A stretch of 63,969 nt of DNA. It comes from Octopus bimaculoides. Its lineage: Eukaryota. Both the position numbers and the translations under genes were made by a program. Position 1 is the stretch's first letter, and each line of letters begins with the position of its first letter. The notes under the pieces are model-generated. The model was not told the origin of the DNA, did no database searches, and saw only the letters and a list, made by a program, of their open reading frames with translations. The stretch is taken from NCBI RefSeq assembly GCF_001194135.2, contig NC_068985.1, positions 17,736,728 to 17,800,696 on the forward strand, read 5' to 3'. Of the stretch, positions 26,320-39,372 are shown piece by piece.

Positions 26320-26945
26320 AGCCATGCTTGTGGCTGTGTGGTAAGAAGTTTGCTTCCCAGCCAGATGGTTCTGGGTTCAGTCCCACTGCATGACACCTTG
26401 GGCGAGTGTCTTCAACTATGTCATCAAGTTGACCAAAGCATTGTGAATGGATTTAGCAGACAGAAACTGAGTAAAGCCTGTCATGTGTGTGTGTCCCACC
26501 ACCACTTGACAACCAGTGATGGTGTACTTACATCCCTGTAACTTAGCAGTTCAGCAAAATAGAATGATAGAATAAGGAGTGGCTGTGTGGTAAGTAGCTT
26601 GCTTACCAACTACATGGTTCTGGTTTCAGTCCCATTACGTGGCACTTTGGGCAAGTGTCTTCTACTACAGCCTCAGGCCAACCAAAGCCTTGTGAGTGGA
26701 TTTGGTAGACAGAAACTGAAAGAAGCTTGTCATATATGTGTGTGTGTGTGTCTGTGTTTGTCCTCCGAACATTGCTTGACAACCGATGCTGGTGTGTTTA
26801 CGTCCCCGTAACTTAGTGGTTCGCCAAAAAGAAAACGATAGAATAAGTACTAGGCTTACAAAGAATAAGTCCTGGGGTCGATTTGCTTGACTAAAGGCGG
26901 TGCTCCAGCATGGCCACAGTCAAATGACTGAAACGAATAAAAGAA
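26320..26945 (+). mobile_element. Two adjacent family-A SINE copies (26320-26575, 26577-26944)
   Basis: Two GGCTGTGTGGTAAG heads; the second copy is full length and less decayed. Confidence 0.8.
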
Positions 26946-27174
26946 AAAAATAAGTACCAGGTTTTTTTGTTTTTTTTAAAAAAAGTACTAGCGTTGATTC
27001 ATTCACCAAAAAATTATTCGAAGGCAGTACCTAAGCATAGCCACTGTCAAATGACTTAAACAAGCAAAACATAAAAGATTAGTCGCTCTGTCAACTTTAC
27101 CTGTACCATCTGCTATATCAACTTCAGAAAACTAACCCATCAACTTAGATGGAAGCAAGAGCAAAATGGATTCT

Positions 27175-27545
27175 CATCATCATCGTTTAACGTCTGCTTT
27201 CCATGCTAGCATGGGTTGGGCGATTTGACTGAGGACTGGTGAAACCAGATGGCTACACCAGGCTCCAATCTGATTTGGCAGAGTTTCTACAGCTGGATGC
27301 CCTTCCTAATGCTAACCATTCTGAGAGTGTAGTGGGTGCTTTTACATGCCACCGGCACGAAGGCCAGTTAAGCGATACTGGCAACGGCCACGCTCAAAAT
27401 GGTGTATTTTACGTGCCACCTGCACAGGAGCCAGTCCAGAGGCACTGGCAACCATCTCGCTCGAATGTCTTTTCACGTGCCAGGAAGGCGACGCTGGTAA
27501 TGATCATGCTCAAATGGTGCTATTTACGTGCCACTGGGATCATCT
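27175..27545 (-). mobile_element. Family B retroposon with about 3 internal modules
   Basis: Same tail block and GTGCCACC..GGCAAC..GCTCAAAATGGTG modules as 2438-3010. Confidence 0.8.
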
Positions 27546-28512
27546 TTATTTTCATGTCCACTTTTTCATGCCTGCGTATGACAGACAGAGTTTATTGATG
27601 CAGGTTTTCTGCATGCTGTTCTTGTTGCCAGCCCTCACTTGTTTCCTTAACAAAATATTTTTGCAGAATATTGAATAACACTGTATGACAGTGACACACA
27701 TTTACAACTATTACATGATGCCAAGACAAGGAGATGCAAAGACGCACACACACACACACACACATGTATATACGTGCTAGTGCCACGTATAAAGCACCCA
27801 GTACATTTTGTAAAGTGGTTGGTGTTAAGAAGGGCATCCAGCCATAGAAATCATGCTAAAAGCAGACAATTGGAGCCTGGTTCAGCTCTCAGGCTTGTCA
27901 GCCCCTGTCAAACTGCCCAACCAATGCTAGCATGGAAAACGGATGTTAAAGGATGATGATGATGGCCATCCACTCGTGACTGAGGAAGACCATTGCTGAC
28001 CTTTAGGAACACTGTGTGCTCTCGGAAAATAAAAATATGTAGGTAGGGGAAAAAAAAAAGCAGCACATATCGAGCAGAGGTCAGCAATGCCAGTGCAGAG
28101 TTGTAGGTCCAATAAGGCTTGCATGACACCTCATAGACCCTCTCCACTCTATTGACATTATCCAGAGACAATTCAGAGCAAGATGTCTGGTGCCAATATG
28201 AGTCAGAGACTCAGGGACATGTACCTGTACTATCTGCATATGTGTGTGTGTGTGTGTGTGTGATCATCATCATCATTTAATGTCCATCTGTCCATGAGTT
28301 GGATGGTTTGACAGGAGCTAGGCAAGCTGGAGAGCTGTACCAGGCTTCATTGTCTTCTTTGGCATGGTTTCTATGGCTTGATGCCCTTCCTAATGCCAAC
28401 AACTTTACAGTGTACTGAGTGCTTTTTATGTGGTATCAGCATCAGTGCTTTTTACACGGCACCAGCACCAGTGGGGTCGCCATGCATTTTATATCCCTTG
28501 TTCTCTACATAA

Positions 28513-28704
28513 GTTTCATCATTGTGGTTATTTGCACCCTCTGCAATGGCTGTTCCAAGTGCAATTGGATGCTGAACCACAGCAGATCAACAGAGGAACA
28601 CTTTATTGCATTTGATCTACATAACATACTGCAATAAAGTGTTCCGCCGAAGAACTGTTGTGATTCAGCATCTAATTGGATGCAAATAACCACAATGGTG
28701 AAAC
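28513..28704. repeat. Imperfect palindrome, ~75-bp arms, 19-nt loop
   Basis: GTTTCATCATTGTGGTTATTTGCA / TGCAAATAACCACAATGGTGAAAC and GGAACACTTTATTGCA / TGCAATAAAGTGTTCC; the left arm has ~23 extra bp. Confidence 0.8.
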
Positions 28705-29984
28705 AAATGGTATAAAGTACATCTTGTGTTTATAATTTCTCTTACATTTGTTCCATTTACCGTAACCAATAATATTGCTATGTACAGAGTGACCACACTA
28801 CTATACTGGAAGTAGACTGGATTATGATAACACTGTGTGACACAGTTTTTGTTCTTGGGGAGCAACTGTTATTTCTTATTCGCTTGCCCCACAAAATTAT
28901 GAAAAGTGGCCAATATTTCCTTCAAACTTTGCTCTTGTTACATTTATTCAAACCCCAAAGAATCCCTCTCAATGTATGGCTATGATGTTCCCCTTCTACT
29001 GCTCATGATCACAAACACATATATTGTCAGCCACTAAAGGACATGCTCAAGTAGTTAAGGTCAAGCAAATCTGTGGTATTGAGCAGAATATTTGCTATAA
29101 TGACATTTTTGTTTCAGTAACACAGCACCAAATTTGTCTGAAATATAATGGAACATAGGCAATTTCTGTTTGTTGATCTATTACTATCTTGCTGCCTACA
29201 CCAGTGAACCAATCTTGACGAAACTTTGCATACATGTTAAACTAACATCCAGTTCAATTATAGACTAATTAGATTTCAATACAAATCTATAATGGACTCT
29301 CTTGGGGATGTTGGGCTATTATATAAAATGAGAAGGGTGCAAAGAGTGTTACTATGAGGGAAATGTGGTGGCATAGTGGGGGTGACTGATACAGGGAAGG
29401 GGAGATGTATAAGCGATAAATATGGAGTGGCAGTGGGATGAATGTTAATACAGCTGTCATAAGTAACTTTTAAAACGCCAAAGAAGGGAAACAAAGATGG
29501 GTGTGAGGAATACGTAATTTTAAGGAGAGATGGGGTAGATGACTTTTCTGCTGTTCATCGCAAAGAAACACACATACACACACACACATATATATACATA
29601 CATACGTCTACTATACACCATTTTAAACTCATGATTACCTGTGTGTACGTTTGTAAATGTGTGTGTGTGTGTGTGTGTGATGTCCTATAACTGTGTCTCT
29701 ACTTTTGTACAGACTTCTCTGCTGCTGTCACATCCTGTGAAATTTTAAAATTATGTCAAAATTATCAAATTTGGTATGTTGAAATAATTTTCCACATTAA
29801 ATCTGATTTTGTTATTTGTTCCAGAAAAATTAAAGAAAAGTGTTACTGAGGTTTAAAGTTTAATCAATTTTACCTAATCAGAAAATAGGATTTGAAAGCT
29901 GGCATTTCCTGCATGATAGTTGTCTATCACAAAATGAAAGCAAAATCATTACCTGTATAGTTAATTAGGTTGAACAAGGTGTCA

Positions 29985-30880
29985 TATCTAACATCTGGAG
30001 TAGTAGCATTCTAGTCAACTGTTATAAGGGTAAAGGAGAGGCATTACACAGAAGTAGTTAGAAGTAGTAAATTGCTGGCCAGGTTATGAAAGTTATGGAC
30101 AAAGTAAGGAACAGAATTTAAGATGTAGTTTGATTGTGCTGAGAAGTACCACTGATAACATCTTATTAGTAAGACAATTTCAGGAAAAGTATCCAGCTAA
30201 AAGTAAGCCACTGTACTAGGCATTTATTGACATGGAGAAAGCCTTCGACCAAGTCCATTGTTTTGCGATCTGGTGGTTTCTGAGGAAGCTAGAGGTGGAT
30301 GAATAGCTTGTAAAAGTCATACAATCCATGCATAGAGTTATTGTCAGTAACCACGAGAGTTAACCATGTGCTATCATCATTTAACATCCGTTTTCCATGC
30401 TGGTATGGGTAGAACAGTTTGACAGCAACTGGCAAATTAAGCTCTACTGTGTTTTAGTATGGTTTTCTACAGTTGGATGCCCTTCTTAATGCCAACCACT
30501 TTACAGAATGCACTGGGTTTTTTTGACATGGCACCAACAGCAATGACATTAAGTAACTTACAGGATAAACCCCTCAACTGGGGTGGGGAGTAGTATTGAG
30601 GGACAGAGAAGGTATCTTACATTATAAGAGAAACAAAGCTACCTCAAATGGAGAGTACAGTGATAAATTTAGGGTATATGTAGGAGTTCACCAGGGCTGA
30701 GTTCTCAGTCCCTTCCTAATCATCATTGTTTGCCCGGCCATAACAGAGGAATTTAAGATGGGTTGCCTTTGAGAACTACTATACAATAACATCATTCTCA
30801 TAGCAGAATCTGTAATAGAATTAGTAAAAAATTCCAGGTGTCAAAGCAAAACCTGAAATTGAAGGGCCTCAAAGAGCAAG
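29985..30880 (+). mobile_element. Decayed RTE-clade reverse transcriptase, split by a family B insertion (~30370-30600)
   Basis: TDNILLVRQFQEKYPAKSKPLY*AFIDMEKAFDQV..IWWFLRKL and VGVHQG*VLSPFLIIIV..ITEEFKMGC.*ELLY..IILIAES. Confidence 0.85.
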
Positions 30881-31374
30881 AAAACAGAAAAGACTCCAGG
30901 CCACTCAATTAAAAATAGCCCTAAAAGCATATCATTTTTGTCTATGCCCCTGCACCCAATCAGTCCTTGGCGAATCTCTCTCTTCCTACACACAACTCCT
31001 CTTCATGAAACTCACCCCTCTCTACAACTAAGCTTGCTAACACCCTCCTCCATCACTCTTCTGTCTATGACACTATTCACTCAGCTACTATAAGAACAGA
31101 ACTGCACTTACTTCATCTCTCTGGAACCATTTTCTCTTTCTCATGCACTCTTAGTATCATCCCATACCATCTTAGTTTTCACTAAACACCTCTTACAGCC
31201 CTCTCCCTCTATACACGCCCTCATTTTGCTACAAAAACGGACACACATGACTTCATGACAAAAGTATGCTTCCTAACCATGTGACTAAGTTCAATCCTAC
31301 TGTGTGGCACCTTGGGCAAGCGAGATTTCTACAACAGCCCTGAGCTGACCAAAGCCTTATGACTAGATATGGTA

Positions 31375-31875
31375 GTGTGTGTGTGTGTGTACGTGCGTGT
31401 GTATATGTTTGTGTTTCTGTACGTGTATGTGTGTTTCTGTACGTGTACGTGTGTTTCTGTACATGTATGTGTGTGTGCTTCTGTATGTGTATGTGTGCAT
31501 TTCTGTACATGTATGTGTGTGTGTTTCTGTACGTGTATGTGTTTCTGTACGTGTATGTGTGTGCATTTCTGTATGTGTATGTGTGTGCGTTTCTGTATGT
31601 GTATGTGTGTGCGTTTCTGTATGTGTATGTATGTGTTTCTGTACGTGTATGTATGAGTGTTTCTTTATATGTATTTGTGCGTGTTTCTTTATGCATGTGT
31701 GTGTGTTTCTTTACATGTACGTGTGCGTGTTTCTTTATGCATGTGTGTGTTTCTTTACATGTATGTGTGCGTGTTTCTTTACACATATGTGTGAGTGTTT
31801 CTTTATGTGTGTGTGTGTGTGTGTTTCTTTACGTGTATGTGTGTATGTTTCTGTACATGTATGTGTGTGTGTTTG
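31375..31875. repeat. Compound (GT)-based minisatellite, units GTGTTTCTGTA(C/T)GTGTAT / GTGTTTCTTTA
   Basis: Directly visible 18-26 bp repeated units. Confidence 0.9.
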
Positions 31876-32244
31876 GTAGGTGTGTTTTGCATTCATTGTT
31901 TTGTAAACAATTGCTTCCTGATGATGTCTGCTTGAAATCCACTCAAAAAGACATATCTGGGCGTATTGACACGTTGCATAATCTGTGCAAACAAAAAAGC
32001 TCACTCAATTGGTGCTGTTCGTTTTCAGTTCTCCATGAAAAAAAAAAAAAAATCAAGTCAAAGTTGTTTGTTGTCCAACCAGTGGGAGATTATTATTACC
32101 ACACTTAAAAATAAGTATGGTTAGCAACTGGAAGAGCATCCAGCCATAAAAAACATCTACCCGATGCACTTTTGTCAGACTCATGTAAACATGGAAAAGT
32201 AGATATTAAAACGATGATGATGATAATACACATACACACACACT

Positions 32245-32610
32245 TTTATTCTTTTACTTGTTTCAGTCATTTGACTGTGGCCATGCTGAAGCAACGCCTT
32301 TAGTTGAACAAATCGACCATAGAACTTATTCTTTGTAAGCCTAATACTTATTCTACTGGTAACTTTTGCCAAACTGCTAGGTTATGGGGACATAAACACA
32401 CCAACGATGGTTGTCAAGCGATGGGGGGAGGGAGACAAACAGACACACAAATACATATATATACACATACACGACGGGCTTCTTTCAGTTTCCGCCTACT
32501 AAATCCACTCACCAGGCTTTGGTCGGCCCAAAGCTATAGTAGAAGACACTTACCCAAGGTGCCACGCAGTGGGGCTGAACCCAGAACCATGTGATTGGGA
32601 ACCAGGCTTC
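32245..32610 (-). mobile_element. SINE family A copy
   Basis: Reverse complement of the family-A body and tail. Confidence 0.85.
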
Positions 32611-33449
32611 TGCACCTAACTGTTATATAACGTTTATTGCCATAAGAATTTAGAAATTTCAGGAGACATGAAATGAATCATATTCACCAGTGGAATTTGA
32701 AGTAGATAAAGCTATAAATAACATGATATAAATACTAGGTTAAAAACCCTTGGAAAGAAAAGTCCCATAGGCAACCTTTAACTCTCTTCATCTGAGGGTT
32801 TTTTAACCAAATATTTATGAAGTATTCATCATCATCATCATTGGCGTTTAAAGTCCGCTTTCTATGCTAGCATGGGTTGGACAATTTAACTGAGGACTGG
32901 CAAGCCAGAAGGCTACACCAGGCTCCAATCTGATCTGGCAGAGTTTCTACAGCTGGATGCCATTCCTAACGCCAACCACTCCGAGAGTGTAGTATTATTT
33001 ATAAATTTATCTACTTTGAGTTTCACTGTCAAAAATGGTATATATCAACATCATTATTTAACATTTGTATTCCATGCTGGCATGGACTGGATGGGTTGAT
33101 AGGAGCTGGCAAGACAAAGCTACACCTGACTACATTTGGCATGGTTTCTATGGCTGAATGCTCTTCTCAATGCTCACCACTTCATAGTGTGTGCTTGGTC
33201 CTTTGTATGTGGCACCAGCAGGATTACCTAGTAGCTTGCAAGACAAAGACCTCTCAGCTGAGAGAGGTAACACATCAACAACATACATACATATACACAC
33301 ATTTTGTATACATGTGTGTGTGTGTGGCCTTTGGCAGTCATTCACTGTTCATTCTGTGAACATGGCTGATGATCAACATGATGTGTGCTACTTCCACTTG
33401 TTCAAGAACAGAGATGTTTGTTTACTTTTGCTCCTAATTATCTAGAAGG

Positions 33450-33740
33450 ATGTCCATATCTTACAGAAATATGGGAAGATAAGTAAAGCTCAGTACATGG
33501 ACACTCTCCAAGAGTCTGAGACTATCATGAAGTATACACAGTAATGAAGGAATCTCTGTAATCTTTGAATTCTTTGAGCAAGTAGAGAAAAGACAAGGAG
33601 CACAAAAGACAGAAGATAAGAGAAAGCTGGACACAGCACCATTGGTGAAAAACCAGTAAAGATCTTGTGCAGAGAATGTCACCAAATGCATCAAGCAACT
33701 CTGTGTCTTCGCAATCACTTGAGTCCTCATGTTAGATGAA
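33450..33740 (+). mobile_element. Decayed 3' end of an RTE-clade ORF with a terminal C2H2-type finger
   Basis: Broken frames resembling GRPKLRYMDTL.SL, FEQVEKR..KRK and GEKPVKILCRECHQMHQATLCLRNHLSPH (CX2CX12HX3H). Confidence 0.55.
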
Positions 33741-33924
33741 GGTGAAGTAGAGCTGAAGTGAAGTGGAGTTAATTCCTTGGATAGGGAAAGCTCAAAACAT
33801 ACTGATATATACAGAATAACATTCATACATATATATTTTACCTTTTGGCCGATCTGTCCAAGTTAGGTGTCCTAATGTCTACTGCACAGTTAAATCTTTC
33901 AATCCACATAACATACTCAGATAC

Positions 33925-33963
<39 letters not shown>

Positions 33964-34251
33964 CATGCAGCTGTAGAAACTCTGCCAAATTAGACTGGAG
34001 CCTGGTGTTGCCATCCGGTTTCACCAGTCCTCAGTCAAATCGTCCAACCCATGCTAGCATGGAAAGCGGACGTTAAACGATGATGATGATGATGATGATA
34101 TACATACACACACACACATTCACATGTAAACATACTACATACATATATAATTCACAAATACACGTATGACATTAAATGAAATAATATATACATATACACA
34201 CATTCACATGTAAACATACTACATACACGTATAATTCATAAATACACGGCA

Positions 34252-34295
<44 letters not shown>

Positions 34296-34453
34296 ATCAT
34301 GATGATGATGATGATGATGATATATATCATGCCTGTATGTATAGGAGTTTGGCAAAACATGTCAACAGAATAAGTACCACAGGCTAAAAAATAAGTATTG
34401 GGATCGATTTGTTTGATTATAGCCTCAAAGCCACAGTCCAGCGAGTGAAACAA

Positions 34454-34491
<38 letters not shown>

Positions 34492-34559
34492 TGCACATTT
34501 CTTTAGAGAAAGTTTTACATACAGGCATTCATACGTAGTGTTCCAGTATTGTCTTAACT

Positions 34560-34597
<38 letters not shown>

Positions 34598-34963
34598 TCT
34601 GCTGGTATGAACTGATAGGTCGGCATGTAACATCTTAAGGTAAATCTTTCTCTCTGATGAAATTCTATTCATAACAATGTAAATTTAATGCACAAATTTG
34701 TAATTTAATTATTGAGTACTAATGGAAACGGCTGTAAGAAGTAAAGATTACCAATTTGTTAATACTAAATAATAATTAACTTTCCACTCTCCATTTTCTT
34801 TTCTTCATTTAACTGGATACGAACTATATGCTTTCTATATATATATATATATATATACATACACCAATTGTTTTAAAGGAATTTCATTCCTTAGTAATAC
34901 TAGGCATTGAACCAGTATTCCCTTGGATGTAGTCATCCCTTTACAAGGTTAACATACCCCCCT

Positions 34964-35020
<57 letters not shown>

Positions 35021-35291
35021 GCATACACACACACACACACAAACATATATATATATATATATATAATCATTTAACGTCATACGTGTATTTGTGAATTATA
35101 TATGTATATGCAGTATGTGTGTGTGTATGTGCGTGCGTAAAATCATTGTTAGCTCTTTTGCAAACAAATAGAATATTAAGTAGTTGTTTTCTTTTTGATA
35201 AGTACGATATGCGATGGCCATCAATTTGTTTATTCTATTTACAAATCATTCATTTCTATAACTAAGCGACAAGAATATTTTATTAACAAAC

Positions 35292-35327
<36 letters not shown>

Positions 35328-35863
35328 AGAGAGGGAGTGTGTGTGTGTTTGTGTGCGTACGTCTATTTGTATATTAGTAGCATTAAGAGAGTTTTAATGT
35401 TATTTAGTTTTAAACGGACCTTGATTGAGCAGGGCTGTGAACAGTCCAGTTACAGCACCCTGTCGTTTTCTTTTCTGTACGATGTATCTAACACGTAATC
35501 AAATGTAAACTGACATAGGTTTTAAGACACTAGTGTATGAGCAAACGGAAAATCGGTGCTATTTCTAGCAGGATGTGCGACCACGTAGAAGTTCCACAGT
35601 TGGTTCTCTGGTGCCACATATAGAATTTAAATTATACAAAATCCAGTGCTCTAATTTATTGAATCAACCGATATTAGGACATCTCCGTCGCAAAATGATC
35701 ATAAGTTCTGAGAGAAAAAAAAAAAATGTACCCACGTATTCGAATTATACACTCACTCCCCTTTTCACAAGACAATGTTGACACCAAAACTTTTCAAAGT
35801 TTCTTGCGATCGTATAAAATGGCATAATTTTTGAGAATAGAGAAACAAGTCTCGAAGACTTAC

Positions 35864-36000
35864 CTATAGTTCTCAACAAACTGTTTTTAGTAGAAATAAT
35901 AATTTAAAAAGTTCTCTGACTGGCATTCACGCAAGAATATTAAGAAAAAATAAATGAAAAAAAGAGAAAAAAAACTTGTATTTACTTCCGAGATCGTCTG
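35864..36000 (-). other. Candidate non-coding first exon of an unidentified host gene
   Basis: Strong minus-strand donor CTATAG|GTAAGT (intron starts 35863) directly downstream of a CpG-retaining, motif-bearing segment; no transcript evidence. Confidence 0.3.
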
Positions 36001-36350
36001 ACAAATAAGCAACACAGACCAAGATGACCTGCAATACTTTCGTTCGCCAAAAGAAAGTAGTATGGCATAGCTACAACACTATTACAATATACATGTACGT
36101 TACCGATCACAAAAAGTAATTACGAATGTACTGTGATAGTAACGAGAAAGATATTAAAGAATTATAAAACAAATCGTAAAAATATTTTTTTTACCGTACA
36201 AATGGAGCCATCCTAAAGTAAGTCACATGCCGGTGTAAACAGAACTAAGTCCTGACATCATTTTATTTCCGTGCGTAATGATTGACTCATTTCAATAGCG
36301 AATGAAGTAATCAACTACAATACAAAAGTTATCTCATCGCGAGAACTTTT
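35960..36350. promoter_or_regulatory. Candidate housekeeping-type promoter
   Basis: ACTTCCG (ETS-like, 35984-90), CAAATGGAG (YY1-like, 36199), TGACTCA (36283-89), TCGCGAGA (36337-44); unique, CpG-retaining sequence. Confidence 0.3.
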
Positions 36351-37929
36351 TCGGGGATGGTGGTGGATTGGTTGAATCGTTAGAGTGTCGCTATCTATGA
36401 TATATGTTCTGGCGCTTAACATTCTGCGTTCAAATCTTACAAAGGCTAATTTTATCATTTATCCCTTCGGGGCCGATAAAATAGATACCAGTCAAGTAAT
36501 GATGTCGATTTAATCGAGTAACACCCTCCTCTTAAAATTTCAGATTTTATTCCCATGTTAGAAATTATATTTTAGCTGAATCATGGAACAGACAGAGAAA
36601 TAATTAATGGTTTTCATATCAATACANNNNNNNNNNNNNNNNNNNNNNNNNNNNNNNNNNNNNNNNNNNNNNNNNNNNNNNNNNNNNNNNNNNNNNNNNN
36701 NNNNNNNNNNNNNNNNNNNNNNNNNNNNNNNNNNNNNNNNNNNNNNNNNNNNNNNNNNNNNNNNNNNNNNNNNNNNNNNNNNNNNNNNNNNNNNNNNNNN
36801 NNNNNNNNNNNNNNNNNNNNNNNNNNNNNNNNNNNNNNNNNNNNNNNNNNNNNNNNNNNNNNNNNNNNNNNNNNNNNNNNNNNNNNNNNNNNNNNNNNNN
36901 NNNNNNNNNNNNNNNNNNNNNNNNNNNNNNNNNNNNNNNNNNNNNNNNNNNNNNNNNNNNNNNNNNNNNNNNNNNNNNNNNNNNNNNNNNNNNNNNNNNN
37001 NNNNNNNNNNNNNNNNNNNNNNNNNNNNNNNNNNNNNNNNNNNNNNNNNNNNNNNNNNNNNNNNNNNNNNNNNNNNNNNNNNNNNNNNNNNNNNNNNNNN
37101 NNNNNNNNNNNNNNNNNNNNNNNNNNNNNNNNNNNNNNNNNNNNNNNNNNNNNNNNNNNNNNNNNNNNNNNNNNNNNNNNNNNNNNNNNNNNNNNNNNNN
37201 NNNNNNNNNNNNNNNNNNNNNNNNNNNNNNNNNNNNNNNNNNNNNNNNNNNNNNNNNNNNNNNNNNNNNNNNNNNNNNNNNNNNNNNNNNNNNNNNNNNN
37301 NNNNGGGAGAGAGAAGGGGGGCGGGAGAGAGAAGGGGGAAGGAGAGAGACAAAGTGCGTGTGACTATTAGAATGTGCACATGCGTGTACTGTGTTGCAGT
37401 AATCAAGAGTTTTAATATTGATGCGACGGCAGTGTGCTCCAATCAATAAACCACTTCACTTGTCGGATCCTACATATGGTTTGGCGGGGATTTGGGCCCT
37501 AATGTTCTCTGCTACTGACCAGGGTCTATAAGAAGAAGATTCTGCCGTTACATCGGTTTGGAGTTTAGAGAACCTAGGTGAGGATTATGACTAAATATCA
37601 TAGTCCCCTCAAATTTTGAAAGCACCCACATCCCGTGACCCAAAATCAGCCTCGTTTTGGTTTACCAAATTTCTCTTGGAAGGCTTGCTAATCATTGCAT
37701 GCTGGTAATCAATAAAATCGACTCCACTACTTGGCTGGTACTTTATTTTATGGAGTTAACGGCAAAGTTGACATCGCAGGATTTGCAATAAGAATATAAA
37801 AAACCAGAACAAACACCGCAAATGACCCGCCTATTTCGCATCGGTTTTGTCTGTCACGTTCGCTCCGATGAGAAGCAATGTGCTAGAGGTAGAGAAGGAT
37901 GAGTGTCTTGGATCGACCGCCATCCTGGT

Positions 37930-38230
37930 CGTATAACAGACGTTAGTTTCGACAAACTCCTTCATTCTGTCGCAGTTAATCTCTGTTGACTGGCCAGAGT
38001 GAGATGCATCTGCAACCGAAATTTCTCGATAGAAATCTTGAAAATCACTTCTGGCACGCATGTTCCACAACAGTATCTTCATCGCACACTGCATATCTCC
38101 CCGCAGGTTTTCGCCACTTTCTTGCCCATTCTTTTAAAAAGTAAAATAATTATCATGTGTCGATAATATTTGTTTTGGTTCTCCATTTCCAGATTAATCC
38201 CAAACACACAAAATAAACCCGTCTCATTGC
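37930..38230 (-). mobile_element. mariner transposase N-terminal (HTH) fragment
   Basis: MENQNKYYRH..LLFKRMGKKVAKTCGEICSV and SVADASHSGQSTEINCDRMKEFVETNVCYTTR match the mariner HTH regions. Confidence 0.75.
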
Positions 38231-38599
38231 AAGTTCGCGTCGAATTACGTTGAAGCGTCAAATATATAACGGGTGCACTCTCACAAGAGACAGACTGAAG
38301 TTAGCCATTTATCTGAGTGCTTGAAGTTTAGTGTCTATAAAAATCGAGCTGACTTTTTGACCAACCCAAATATTTCAGTTGCATTTGTAAATACATTACG
38401 TTTGCATTATTTTATATTTTCACTTTCAAAAAAATTGAAAACATAAAATTGCAGATTTTCAGAAAGTAAAACAATAAAATAACAATGCTTTTATTTTCTG
38501 ATATACGAAGGGACTAAGGTGTTCCTTTAGCACTAAAATTATATTCAAACATGATAAAGAGACTTTTGAATCATCATCATCAACTCTTGGACATTATCC

Positions 38600-38845
38600 T
38601 CTTGAGTTCTATGACGCATGGTGTCGGTTGCCCGGTTTCTATGGTACATAAATGACCGAGATCACAACAATCCTCCTGAACAGTACGCTCGTCCATCGCA
38701 GGGTTACTCAATGGCAGTTGAGTGAACTGGAGCAACGTGAAATTAAATGTTTTGATTTAGAACACAACGCACCGCTCGGTCCGGGAATCGAAACCACGAT
38801 CTTGTGATCGTGAGCGCAATACTCTAACCACTAAACTCATCCGCC
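38600..38845 (-). mobile_element. tRNA-headed SINE (family D variant 1)
   Basis: Minus: GAGTTTAGTGGTTAGAG..GGTTTCGATTCCCGG..TTTCACGTTGCTCCAGTTCACTCAACTG..CCTGCGATGGAC..GAAACCGGG. Confidence 0.7.
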
Positions 38846-39117
38846 TTTTAAATCACTCTGTATATTATCACTGCCGTTGTTTTGTTTGGATATTCCGCAA
38901 CAGAATTCAAAAAGTACTAGTTAAGTACTGAGTCGATATTATTGATTGTGCCCTTTTCCCAAGTGCATACGTCAGATATAGATTTTCGACAAAGATTCAA
39001 ACTGTTAACGAACTGTTAAAGTTGTTGCTTATCAGTCTTTGTCATGATACATAATTTCCCTAAATTATTTTTAAAACCTGATCTGTTGAATTGACAATCT
39101 CTTTCCATCCTCGAAAC

Positions 39118-39372
39118 CAATTGTTCTCAGTCAAAGTACATATGACCCTTGGGGTTCATGGAAGATTTTGTTGTTAAAATTGATGCGCATCAAATTGGTT
39201 ATACTTCTTTTATACATAAAATATGAAAAAAAAATTTTATACAATTCCTCATAATATTTAATGATGAAAATATAACAGGAATTTTTAAAGCACCGAATGG
39301 CTATCAGAGTCCATCTGAGTAAAATAAGAATCAAAGGGACCCATTAGTAATAAAAATAGTTGAGAACCACTG
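39118..39372. mobile_element. hAT (Charlie-like) MITE
   Basis: Right end TTGAGAACCACTG (CAGTGGTTCTCAA type TIR), degenerate left CAATTGTTCTCAG; a related right end lies at ~53338-53350. Confidence 0.6.

Noticed and set aside
31253-32108. Long ORFs of 95-249 aa; similar ones at 11.3-11.9, 44.9-45.2, 47.1-47.4, 48.3-49.6 and 63.6-64.0 kb
   Set aside because: Translations of (GT)/(TA)/(CAGA) microsatellites (CV, YI, TH repeats); stop-free only because of low complexity.
33461-33826. 121-aa minus-strand ORF bounded by AG and GT
   Set aside because: S/L/F-rich antisense shadow; the plus strand reads as a decayed RTE 3' end.
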